DNA from: Octopus sinensis
Lineage: Eukaryota
Direction of reading: 5' to 3'
NCBI RefSeq assembly: GCF_006345805.1
Contig: NC_043001.1
Span: forward strand, 57,288,001-57,352,000
Length of the DNA stretch: 64,000 bases
Part shown: piece by piece, positions 1-10,420 of the stretch
How positions within the stretch are numbered: the first letter of the stretch is position 1
Layout of the letters: each line of letters begins with the position of its first letter
Position numbers and translations under genes: made by a program
The notes under the pieces: model-generated
What the model saw: the letters and a program-made list of their open reading frames with translations, nothing else
The model's database searches: none
What the model was told of the DNA's origin: nothing

Positions 1-73
1 CATAATCTAAAGACGGACGAAATGCCGCTAATGATTTTGTCAGGTACGCTAACGATTCTGCCGGCTCGCCGTC
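1..73 (-). mobile_element. 5' part of tRNA-derived SINE, family A (octopus OK/OR-type; exact family not verified), cut by window edge
   Basis: Reverse complement matches the head GGCGGCGAGCTGGCAGAATCGTTAGC...ATTTCGTC shared by many copies in this window. Confidence 0.8.
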
Positions 74-129
74 TTTTCTCTAACAAATAATGCAGTGGAA
101 AATGGTTACCAATGATTTGTATTTTCTTG

Positions 130-1500
130 CACAGCTGTAATATATTTTTGTTTGTCGATCTGGTGGAAGGGGTAACTCCCATGTCCCTTGCAGGCAGTCA
201 GCCCCAAATCTGTTTGGGATTGATGCTTATCATACGCCGTTTAAATAATTGGTTGGCATTACCGAGTATAGAGATGTATGGAGAGATAATGTTTTTGGAA
301 ACGAAGGTTTGAAAAGAGGGTTGGACGCAAAATTTAACAAAAGGAAGTGGGATGGGATGTTGAAAAACATGGAAAAGACACAAAGGGGACAACATGTGCC
401 AGCCAGAAGTTGAAGTATATACCATATTGATGGAGTACTGAGGCGAGTGGTCATTCCAAAGGTGCGACCCAGGATTTCAGTGTGCGTAGCAGCAGCGCTC
501 TCGGAAATGTGGCAGCAGTACTTCATTGGTGGCCTCATTAAAGCCTTATAAATTGCCAGGAGCTATTGATAGCTCACAATTTTTCTAGCTCTAAAGAGAC
601 GGGTTAGTTTTTTAAAAATCGGTCCTAGTTATAATAAAGATGTACTGTTCCTATATGATATTCTTATTTCGAGTAAATCTCAACATTTGGAGTGGCTTTG
701 AAGGCTAGAGTTCTGTATATTGGTATTATGTTTATAGTGAGTATAAAATGTGAAGTAACTATTTATAGATCTTTCGCTTTCGGTTTTGTTTGGTGCCCAC
801 CGCAGACAATGTATTAACTCTTACTACCCTACATTATTATTAGGTAGAAAGAGAGGATGAAATAGTCGTCCACCAAGATGAATGGATAAAAAGAGTAAGA
901 GTTCACTATTCATAAGTTTTTGTTGATGTTATTGAGAGAATGAAGGGTAATGCCTATAGCCATTTACTCTTAGAGTACCTTCAAGACAAGCGATAAGAAG
1001 AGAGTAACTTTTTATTCTGGATTCCTGACTTCAATGCTTATGACAGAAGCATTGAAAACTAGTTGACGTGTTTAACTACGCAGTACATAAAATCAATCAC
1101 TCCAGAAATCTAAGTAACGTCATATGTTTACTCATCACATGTTTATGCAAATCCAATAATCTTCGCTCTGCAATGATATATTTTGCTATCGACCCCAAAA
1201 CGTGGGGAGTTCACAACACAGAAAACCAGAACACATATCCAAGGCCTTTTCTTCTACGGTCTTGTGACTTTGTGAGCAACATGTCATCGGAATATAGAAT
1301 TATTTGTAGGCCGCAGTGTTGCCATAAATGATAGCAAATGAGATAGACAACACTTAAAGCACTCAAAGAGAAATTGGTTTTCTTAGAGCAGGCAAATGGG
1401 TATAACTATTACACAAAGCAGGTGCTGTCCATCTGACATGCTCCTGCAGTTTTCTGCAATATCTTACGCGTAAAATACCAGATAAAATGGGGTTGAAATT
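130..1500 (-). mobile_element. Decayed non-LTR retrotransposon (CR1/Jockey-group) RT and C-terminal region
   Basis: Minus-strand frames give KKLTRLFRARK..LLAIYKALMRPPMKYCCHI (cf. LYKAxIRPxMEYCSHIW), SINPKQIWG*LPA (cf. SFIPRTxxLWNSLP), a VDD remnant of the YADD motif and KPISL; many stops and frameshifts. Confidence 0.55.
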
Positions 1501-2057
1501 TTATGCATTTCTAGATTGAAGATTTAAGGAATCAGGAAATGTTTTCCAGAGACAGCATCACTGACAATGTCAAATATACTTTGTTATTGAACGGTGAAAA
1601 TAGATATTCTTGCAATGTAGTTAATCTGTAATTGTCTGACATTGCTTTCTAAGGAAATCCGTGGCAGATGAGAGGATGAGAAGCTTTACTGATATGAATT
1701 TTGTAGATTTAAATTGTTTTTATGCATGAAGATTTATTATTGACGTCTTATTTTCTTCCCGTTTTTTTTTTCTCATTTGTTAAACTCTCATACTAAGTGT
1801 TGCGAAACTTTCAGGTGTACCAGCTGCGACGAAATATTAAAATGGATCCTGAATGATGGTAATTATATAATACTATAATATTATGGACCTGTGAATAAGG
1901 TGTCAGTGCTAGTCAAATACTTTCCCATCTCTCTGACTGTAACAAATTGATTTCATTTTAAAGCAAACTCATATTTCTTTCTCTAACATGATAAGTGGTT
2001 AAACTGACATGTTTCAAATATATAGACAATGTGAAACAATAAGCAGTAATGATCTAC

Positions 2058-2358
2058 AAGGAATGTAAAAGTGTTCACGGAATATTATGCAACATTTCGA
2101 AGGATACAAATCTACCCGTTGGTTTAGTTACTCTAAATGAAGAATTGCAATATATATATATATATGCAATAGATTTAGTTTAGTGTTTCTCCTTTGGTTT
2201 ACTGTTAAGAAAAAGTTAGATGTTCTAGTCAGTACATCAATGCACTGCAAGAAGTAGTCAAAAGTTCTACTCGCCCGTTTGATATTTACAAAAATTTCAT
2301 GACTTACTACATCAATATTTCACTATATCAAATTTTCGTTACATCTTGCAACCTTTTC
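2058..2358. repeat. Copy 1 of local direct repeat (copy 2 at 2875-3117)
   Basis: AAGGAATGTAAAAGT...GCAACCTTTTC recurs about 820 bp downstream at high identity. Confidence 0.9.
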
Positions 2359-2419
2359 AATATTCGTGGACACTGTCCGTTATCAAAGCTGCGCTCTTTT
2401 TGTTTGTTTATTTCTTTGT

Positions 2420-2507
2420 TTGTGTGTGCGCATGTGTGAGCGTCAGTGTGCATGCGTTTACATGTATGTGTGTGTATGTATGTAGTCTGTGTATGCATAT
2501 ATATATA

Positions 2508-2538
<31 letters not shown>

Positions 2539-2775
2539 TATTCTGCACATTCATGTGCTAGTGCGTGTGTGTATTTGCGTATGTCTCTTTGTGTGTGTAT
2601 GTTTGAGTGTTCCTATAAGTATGGGTTTGTGTGACTATGTACGTGCGTCTGTTATGTATGGATGTATGTTGCCATATGTGTCCTTGTGTGTGTGTGTGTG
2701 TAAAGTGTGCGTGCGTGTATATGGTCGCGTGTTTCAGTCTGTCTGTCCCTATCTGTCTGTCCCTCTCTCTCTCTC
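2420..2775. repeat. Compound (TG)n/(TA)n/(CT)n microsatellite
   Basis: Directly visible dinucleotide arrays. Confidence 0.9.
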
Positions 2776-2874
2776 CTTCCTCCTTTACTCTCTTTCATTG
2801 ATCACACTTGACCATCGTCCATCGTTATTTTCCTCACGTGATCTTTCTTTTCCCTCAAACTCTTGCGCAGTTCG

Positions 2875-3117
2875 AAGGAATGTAAAAGTATTCACGGAAT
2901 ATTTAGTTACTCTAAATGAATAATTGCAATATATTTACATGCAATAGATTTAGTTTAGTGTTTCTCCTTTGGTTTACTGTTAAGAAAAAGTTGGATGTTC
3001 TAGTCAGTACATCAATGCACTACAAGAAGTAGTCAAAAGTTCTTCTCGTCCGTTTGATATTTACAAAAATTTCATGACTTACTACATCAAATTTTCGTTA
3101 CGTCTTACAACCTTTTC
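2875..3117. repeat. Copy 2 of local direct repeat, with two internal deletions relative to copy 1
   Basis: Aligns to 2058-2358 but lacks ATGCAAC..CCGTTGG and TATTTCACTATATCAA segments. Confidence 0.9.
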
Positions 3118-3531
3118 TCTTATCAAAGAATCTTCAAGCTTTCGCCAGTTTTACTCGTCTGTGCCTAACGGCCCTCCTTGTTTGTATTCGTTTCGTTTCG
3201 TTTGTTGTATGTCCTGTGTTTGTTACAAACTTTGACCCTTTGCAAATCCCAAATGATTTTATTTCGGTTCGCGAGAGCAACTGCATTCAGAGTCTTATCT
3301 TGCTGTTTGCATGCTCGAAATAAGGAGTAGAAGGACAGCCAAGAACTGATGAAGGGTGGTAATTTATGTTACTTATTTTATTTTCCATTCGTTACTTTTG
3401 CGTGCCCAACGTTATTTTCGTATTTCATGCTTCTTTACGTTTCCATGACGTCCTGTACCGATATAGATATATGTCTATCTCTATACACATATATGTATCT
3501 ATGTACATATGTGTGTCTATATATACATACA

Positions 3532-3567
<36 letters not shown>

Positions 3568-3600
3568 TATATATTATTTATATTTTTATATATATGTTTT

Positions 3601-4330
3601 CATAACAGCCTACTAAATACAAACCTACCTGTGTATATAGAAACTGTGGGTATCGCGGTATGAATACCCTTTACGTATACTGCCTACTTAGTACAGGTGG
3701 GGATGGTTCATTTATGAGGACGTACTCCTGTATTTTCTGAGTGTTGGGTCTTTTGGGTGCTTGGATAAAATGCAGACATCAAGCTGACACAGTGCGCCTT
3801 CATGTTGGTCTTCGGCATGTTGGTAGAGTATGAAGGACTGTTTTTTTTGTTGCCATATTGTCTCAAAATATATATTTAGTCTCTCCACAATGCTTCTAGA
3901 TGTCTTTATATGTACCCTCTATGCACCTTATTCTGTATTCTACATTTCTAGTTGTGCGCTTAATGCTGGGGATAATCTTATATACCATACAGTTATCATT
4001 GGTGCATGTGGTATTCTCAAAGTAGCACGTCCTACATAGTTGTGATCTGATGGAGCTCCCCACTTTTCAGCGATTTCAATGTTGTTTGGCCTCCTGTAGA
4101 GCTTTCTTAAATCTTCAGATTAATTCTCCGTGGGCTGTGGCCTCTACAAACATCACTCCTTCACTCCTTGATATTTGTCAGTCTTGTTCAACATGTTTGT
4201 CTTGTTTGATTTGTGACAAATTCGTTGTATTGTACTCCAGTTTTACTTCTATATCCAAGGCAGCTACCACTGGTTCCATTACTTATAATGCTATCTAACT
4301 TCTTTCTATGACTCCTGTGTACCCAGACAC
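3601..4330 (-). mobile_element. Inverted copy of the 3' (linker plus GIY-YIG) part of the adjacent Penelope-like element
   Basis: Reverse complement aligns collinearly with about 5198-5954 (roughly 75-80% by eye), and both copies end at the same GTTATG. Confidence 0.9.
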
Positions 4331-5954
4331 ATAGACACAGATTTCGCTGTGGAGAATTGCATTGAGATTATCTGTGAAAGTGAGGTAGAGTTGCGTGAAA
4401 TCAACATGAGGGAACTGGGCTTACTCCTTAAATTAAGCTATGACTGAACCTACCTAGACAACCATAGTCTTAAGATCCTGCCCCGCCAGGTCACAGAAGG
4501 GAAACCCATCTACAATCATATTGGCAGTGAAGGAAGCAATGGTGTAGCTGGATTATACCTACGCAGGACCCTCAGAACAACCGTCGGGTGATAAGAATTA
4601 TTGCACAGGTGATAAGATTGATTGCTAGAATAAATACCACCTTGAAGATCCACAAAGTAAAGTTTAACAGGGAACAGGTTCAAGGTGTCAGTGTGGTTGG
4701 AAATGTAGCCGTCCGCTTCATGACCCTGTGCGACAGAAAATTTAAACATTCCTTAACGGAATCATCCAAAATCGTTTTGCTTTACTGTAGGTATGTAGAT
4801 AATATCAATATTCTAGTTAGGACAAACACTTGTAAATGTAATGCAGAAACCGAGAGGAGCAAAATGGATAGCTAACTCCATCCAACAAAGTATCAAGTTA
4901 GCTATGGATTACCCCTCTAGGCAGCCTAACAATGGACTTCCTGTCCTTGAAACTGAACTTTGGTTAGAGACTGTGAACAACAGACTGCAGGTCATCCACT
5001 CCTATTACATGAAACGCATAGCTTCTAAATGTGTTTCTCACAAGATCTCAGCTTCGACACAGAACATGAAAATTAACATACTGATAGCCAACTTAGGATA
5101 ATGAACATGTCCTCACTGTGCAAACCCTATGAAAGAAAGAAACATGTAGAGAACTTCATGTACCGCAAACAATTCTCTGGTTACGACCGGAAAGATAGTG
5201 TTCGGGTACACAGGGAAGCTAATAAGAAGTTGTAAGCATTATATGGAATGAAACCAGTGGTAGCTACCCTAGATATAGAAGTAAATACTGAAATAGGATA
5301 CAATGAATTTCTGACAAAGCAAACAAAATATACACGTTGGAGAAGATGAACAAATATCAAGGAGTAATGTTTTTAGAGGCCACATCCCATGGAGAACTAG
5401 AACGAAGATTTAGGAAAAAGCTCTAACCCTAACCCTAACCCTAACCCTAACCCAGCATTAAGATCGTTAAAAAGCCAGGGAGCTCCATCAGATCATAACT
5501 ATGTAGAAAGTATCCCTTTCAGAATACCACAGGCAACAATGATAACTGCATAGTATGCAAGATTAACCCAGGTATTAACTGTAGAATTAGAAATGTAGAC
5601 TACGGCGTAAATTGCATAGAGGGTAGTTGTAAAGTCAAGAATATAAAATACGTCGGTGGGACATCTAGAGGTATGGCGGAGAGACTAGATGAACATGTGG
5701 GATAATATGACGACAAGAAACAGACCTCCAAAATCTACCTACAAGCAAAAGATCAACATGAAGGCACACTGGGTCAACTTCACATCTGCATTTTATCCAA
5801 ACACTCGAAGGGCCTAAAACTCAAACAAATACAGGAGTACGTTCTTGTAAATAAAACATCCCCAGTATTAATAGGAAATATACGTAGGGGGTATTCCTAC
5901 CGCAATACCTACAGTTCATATATGCACAAATAGAGTTGTTAGTAGGGTGTTATG
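4331..5954 (+). mobile_element. Penelope-like retroelement remnant (RT C-terminal half, Cys-rich linker, GIY-YIG endonuclease); pseudogenised
   Basis: YCRYVDNI (RT motif), AMDYPSRQPNNGLPVLETELWL..HSYYMK, then CIVC..C..NVDYGVNC..C..KYVGGTSRGMAERLDEH (GIY-YIG). Confidence 0.9.
5423..5453. repeat. Interstitial telomeric repeat (TAACCC)5, i.e. TTAGGG on the minus strand
   Basis: CTAACCCTAACCCTAACCCTAACCCTAACCC, with no mismatches. Confidence 0.95.
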
Positions 5955-5959
5955 TCTAC

Positions 5960-5990
<31 letters not shown>

Positions 5991-5993
<3 letters not shown>

Positions 5994-6594
5994 TGCCAGC
6001 TCGCCACCTTAAAATATCCTTCTCTACTCTAGGCACAAGGCCCGAAATTTTTGGGGATAAGGACCAGTCAATTAAATCGACCCCAGCACGCAACTGGTAC
6101 TAAATTTATCGACCCCGAAAGAATGAAATGCAAAGTCTACCTTGGTGGAATTTGAACTCAGAACGTAAAGACGGACGAAATGCCGCTAAGCATTTCTCCC
6201 GGCGTGCTAACTTTTCTGCCAACTCGCCGCCTTCGTGTAGTAGAATATTTTTTAGTTCTCTATTGCCCACAGAGGCTAAACATAAAGGTGACAAACAAAG
6301 ACAGACAAAGGTATTAAGTTGATTACATCGATCCTAGTTGGTAACTGGTTCTTATTTAATAGACACCAAAAGGATGACAGCAAAGTCGACCTCAGCGGAA
6401 TTTGAACTCAGTACGTAAAGACAGACGGAATGCCGCTAAACATTTTGCCCGGCTTGCTAACGTTTCTTATTTCTTTACTGCACATAGGGGGCCACACACA
6501 GAGGTGACAAACAAGGACAGACAAACGGATTAAGTCGATTATATCGACTAAGCATTTCGGCCAGCGTACTAACGTTTCTGCCAGCTCGCCGCCT
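5991..6594 (-). mobile_element. Head-to-tail stack of family A SINEs (a 20-bp head, one full copy 6017-6234, two copies with the alternative tail, one internally deleted)
   Basis: Repeated GACCCCGAAAG..GAATTTGAACTCAG (B-box on minus strand) and CTGCCAGCTCGCCGCC heads; two distinct 3' tail types. Confidence 0.9.
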
Positions 6595-6959
6595 TCGCGT
6601 AGTAGATTATTGCGACAGAAATAAGTGTAAATATTGTTACAAGTTTTAATGTTATATGTTCCGGTGTCTTCTATCTGTCGTTGCATCTATCTATTAACGT
6701 ATATATATCAACAAATAGATGAGGAAAAGATGTCTAGTAAGTTATACCGATTGCTAGTTAAAAGGAAATTACCTAAGTTAACAAATAGCTGCGGATATTA
6801 CTCCTTTATTTTCTGTTTTCCAGCCGAAAGGCTGTGGTGCATCCGTTGTTACATTAAAAAAATATATATAATTTTAAAGGATTATCAATGATGTCAGAGT
6901 AGGTAGTTACATAAATCGACACAAAAGTCGTTATGATATATAGAGAAGTAGGAGCAGGC

Positions 6960-7280
6960 ATGTCTGTTTGGTAATAAGTTTGCTTCTCAACTACATATTT
7001 TCCATGTTGACCAAAATCTTGTGAATTAATTTGCTAAACCAAAGCTGACAAGCCCATCGTATATATGTAAATATGATTGCTTGTTTGTGTGTGTGTTTCA
7101 ACTCCTCGATAACCAATGTTGATTTGTTTACGTCCCCGCAACCTAGCCTTTCGTTAAACGAGCCCGATGGGATAAGTACCAATTTTAAGAAATACGAACA
7201 GGGGACAATTTCTTCGATTAAAACCTATAAAGCGTTACCCCAGCATGACTGCGGTCTTACGACAGAAACAACTAAAAGAC
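6960..7280 (+). mobile_element. Diverged SINE family B
   Basis: TTTACGTCCCCG..ATAAGTACC..CCCCAGCATGACTGCGGTC matches copies at 13587, 32314, 51293 and 55677. Confidence 0.65.
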
Positions 7281-7437
<157 letters not shown>

Positions 7438-7859
7438 AAGAACTAAGATGAATTGCAAAGGAGTAAAATAATCTTGATTGGCAAACATCCTAAGTTGCGC
7501 CTTGTCACTGATAACTACAGTGGTAGTGGTGGTGTCAGTACGGATATTAATTAATGGAGGTAGTGGAAATGGTTGGACTCTTTTTGTCACCCATCACTTA
7601 ACGCATGCGCTTCAATGCAATTAATTATCGTCTGCTCAATCGAAACATTTTTTCCATAAAATATTATCAATGAAAAACAATATATGACTACTAGAAAAAG
7701 TATTTAAATATATATATTAAATCTTTTTATAAATTTTGTTTTGCAAATAACCGTATAAAGACTGCTTGGAATTTTATCAGCATACTGTAGCTGAATAATA
7801 TTATAGATGACTGACTTTCAAGGGAGTCACAAAATTACCCATCATCTTTCTCCTAACTT

Positions 7860-8085
7860 CGGTCACCTATTTGAATTAAGTTCGTGTACCAGTCATGTAG
7901 GTACAAGCTTATAAAATCAAAAAATATCGCAGAGCCCATAGATTTAGGAAACACTTTGACACTCAGCATTGTCGAAGCGTGGAATAAGCTTCTTATGTCA
8001 GTTGTTATCTGTCAAGTCTCTCCATCCCTTCAAAACTTCTATGATTTCCGAAATTCACCAACGTTTCCTGACATATCCATGCAAA
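7860..8085 (+). mobile_element. CR1-type LINE 3' end fragment
   Basis: HLFEL..AYKIKKYRRAHRFRKHF and SIVEAWNKLLMSVV (cf. RVVxxWNxLPxxVV). Confidence 0.6.
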
Positions 8086-8231
8086 ATTTTCTTCTTTTTG
8101 ACTTTTCTAATGCTAATTTTTCTAATTTTGGGGTTGTGTTCTGTGTACTATGCATGCACTTCTAGAATTCATTGCTGTCTCTGTTTACAAGACTGATATC
8201 GCTGTTTTCTCTTCCTTTCTTTAATCATTTC

Positions 8232-8374
8232 TAATATTATTTTCTACTCTAAGAACAAGGCCCGAAATTTTGGGCGAGGGGCCAGTCGATTAAATCAACT
8301 ACAGAACGCAACTGGTAGTTAATTTATCGACCCGAGAATGTAAATCGTGCTAAGGTTTCTGCCAAATCGGTGCC
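8232..8374 (-). mobile_element. SINE family A, internally deleted
   Basis: Tail TTCTACTCT..CAAGGCCCGAAATTT..GCAACTGGTA joined directly to the head GCTAA..TTCTGCC. Confidence 0.8.
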
Positions 8375-8629
8375 ATACAATAGCTTTTGTTACAGTCTTC
8401 GACTTTTGGAATCAAAGTTGAGATTGTTGAGATTTCACGCAAAGTGAAAAAGGAAGCTAACATGTCACAAGGTAGATAATCTAGGACTATATTGTATCGT
8501 GATATTGCACCTGTACAATACAGCCTGTATGGATTTTTCACTAACTCTAGAATCAAATTGTTCGGATAAACGTAAAATCCCATCTCCCAATTTTTAAAAC
8601 AATAATCTTGGGTTTTCCACAGGTTCCTG

Positions 8630-8768
8630 TTATTATTATTATTTTTAATTCCTTCTTTCTTCAAATTTTCTTCCATTTCTCGCTGAGTGTTTTCCGTACA
8701 CTTAGGGCAGAGAAGTTCATTTTATGCATTCACAGATTACACACGCAAATTCACAGGTAAAATATGGA

Positions 8769-8821
<53 letters not shown>

Positions 8822-8912
8822 TATTATTATTATTTTCATTAGCATTTCCTTTGAATTCTGTTCCCATTTCTTGCCGAGTGTCTTCCTGACACCTAGAGCA
8901 GAGAAACATACT
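8630..8912 (-). mobile_element. Two short 3'-end fragments (about 8630-8720 and 8830-8912) of an (AAT)n-tailed element
   Basis: CCATTTCT(C/T)GC(T/C)GAGTGT(T/C)TTCC..ACAC(T/C)TAG(G/A)GCAGAGAA occurs twice, each followed on the minus strand by an AAT run. Confidence 0.5.
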
Positions 8913-9045
8913 GTAACCATTAGTTGGCTATTTAAACAAACACACCAGATTCTTCATTTAGAGAGACAATGGGGGGAATACTGAAAGAAAAAGGGAAAAG
9001 AATAGAAAAGTAAACAAATAAAGGGCGCAAAATGAAAGAAAATTA

Positions 9046-9110
<65 letters not shown>

Positions 9111-9659
9111 GAGCAGAGAGCAATGCATGCCATCAAAGTGACACTGAGTTAAAATATACGAAGCCCAGTATAACCATCATGAGTACCCGTCTGATAAGCG
9201 TACATCAGGCACATGCATCACAACCATATGTGCGTGACATACTGATCCCATATCAAAATAAACAGCGCATGACCTTGCAGGTGGGGCCCAGTTAGAATTA
9301 TTTTCAGGTCGAGTAGCCCATTCTACTCAAAAGGTTCCTGAATAATGTTTCTTTACAGATGTTGAACGAAACACCCGCATTTTCATCGGTGAATTATCCC
9401 AATTTCAAAGAATTCCTCCCAACACATGACTATGATGCTCCCCCACTATTTCTGCTCGGGATCAGAGATGCACATATCCTCAACCACGAAGAGACATGCT
9501 CAACTGGTTAAGGTCAAACAACTGAAAACCAAATAATTGGTATTCAGCAAAATATTTGCTGTAGTTCATCGTTTACACCAAGTCAAAGCAATGATAGCAC
9601 TTCCAGTCAGTTAAGATCAGAAGCCATTAGTGCCATTGTCTGGTACTGCATAAGGGCGT
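9111..9659 (-). mobile_element. Unclassified ~550 bp (AAT)n-associated element (family C)
   Basis: Reverse complement of the element at 25681, 26311 and 35546; flanked by AAT-type runs on both sides. Confidence 0.85.
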
Positions 9660-9675
9660 CTATTATTATTATCAT

Positions 9676-9761
<86 letters not shown>

Positions 9762-9782
9762 TTATTATTATTATTGTTATTA

Positions 9783-10276
9783 TGAATCAGTACTCTTGTT
9801 TTAATCACGTGCTGTCACTTCAGTGACGAGTGAAGCTCTGTGCGCCTTGGGTATGTGCTTTGGTTTGTTTTGGTGTTGTTATTTCTATTGCATTCAAAGT
9901 GCTTTATTTAAGACGTGTGCAGTGAACAAGCACATCCCAGACGAGTGAAGTCTAGTCGTTGTCATATACCTTGCTTGGCATATGTTTAACCATTTCTTGT
10001 TACATTTTATGTTGTAGTGTTCATATATTGTCCTGTGGATGTAATTACTTACTCGGTCATGTCTGTATGTATATTCAGATTTGGCTTGGACCGGACTATC
10101 AGAGATGTTGTCAACTGAGACAATGTTCTGGTTGCAAATCCTGCATTTGGGTGTTAGCGTCGGTTTTCATTATTTTGTTATTAATAGATTTTTGTCGGCA
10201 AATATTTAATTTTGTGCAGCAAGAACCAGTCCTTCCGTTTCTGCTTTTAGTCCAGTCCTTTTAAGACATTGTTGGC
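9783..10276 (-). mobile_element. R4/Dong-clade LINE 3' fragment (zinc-knuckle region plus 3' UTR, internally deleted), with (AAT)n tail
   Basis: GLKAETEGLVLAAQ..PKCRIC..AKSEYTYRHDRV..YIH; 3' UTR GCACATACCCAAGGCGCACAGAGCT shared with 43156-43798. Confidence 0.85.
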
Positions 10277-10298
10277 TTTTTATTATTAACATCAATAC

Positions 10299-10420
10299 TA
10301 AGGCAGCGAGTTGTCAGAATCATTAGGACGCTAGGCAAAATGCGTAGCGGCAAGTCGTTCTTCTTCACGTTCCGTCATCAAATTCTGCCACGTTCGACTT
10401 AGCCTTTCATCCTGTTTTTG
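10299..10420 (+). mobile_element. Diverged SINE family A, 5' half
   Basis: AAGGCAGCGAGTTGTCAGAATCATTAG..TTCGACTTAGCCTTTCATCC. Confidence 0.65.

Noticed and set aside
3120-3175. Minus-strand HHR candidate (CAGACGAG..TGGCGAAAGCTT)
   Set aside because: The core has A at position 4, and neither stem II nor stem I pairs.
5423-5453. Chromosome end or endonuclease-lacking telomeric PLE
   Set aside because: Only five repeat units, internal to a PLE that has a GIY-YIG domain; no long terminal array.
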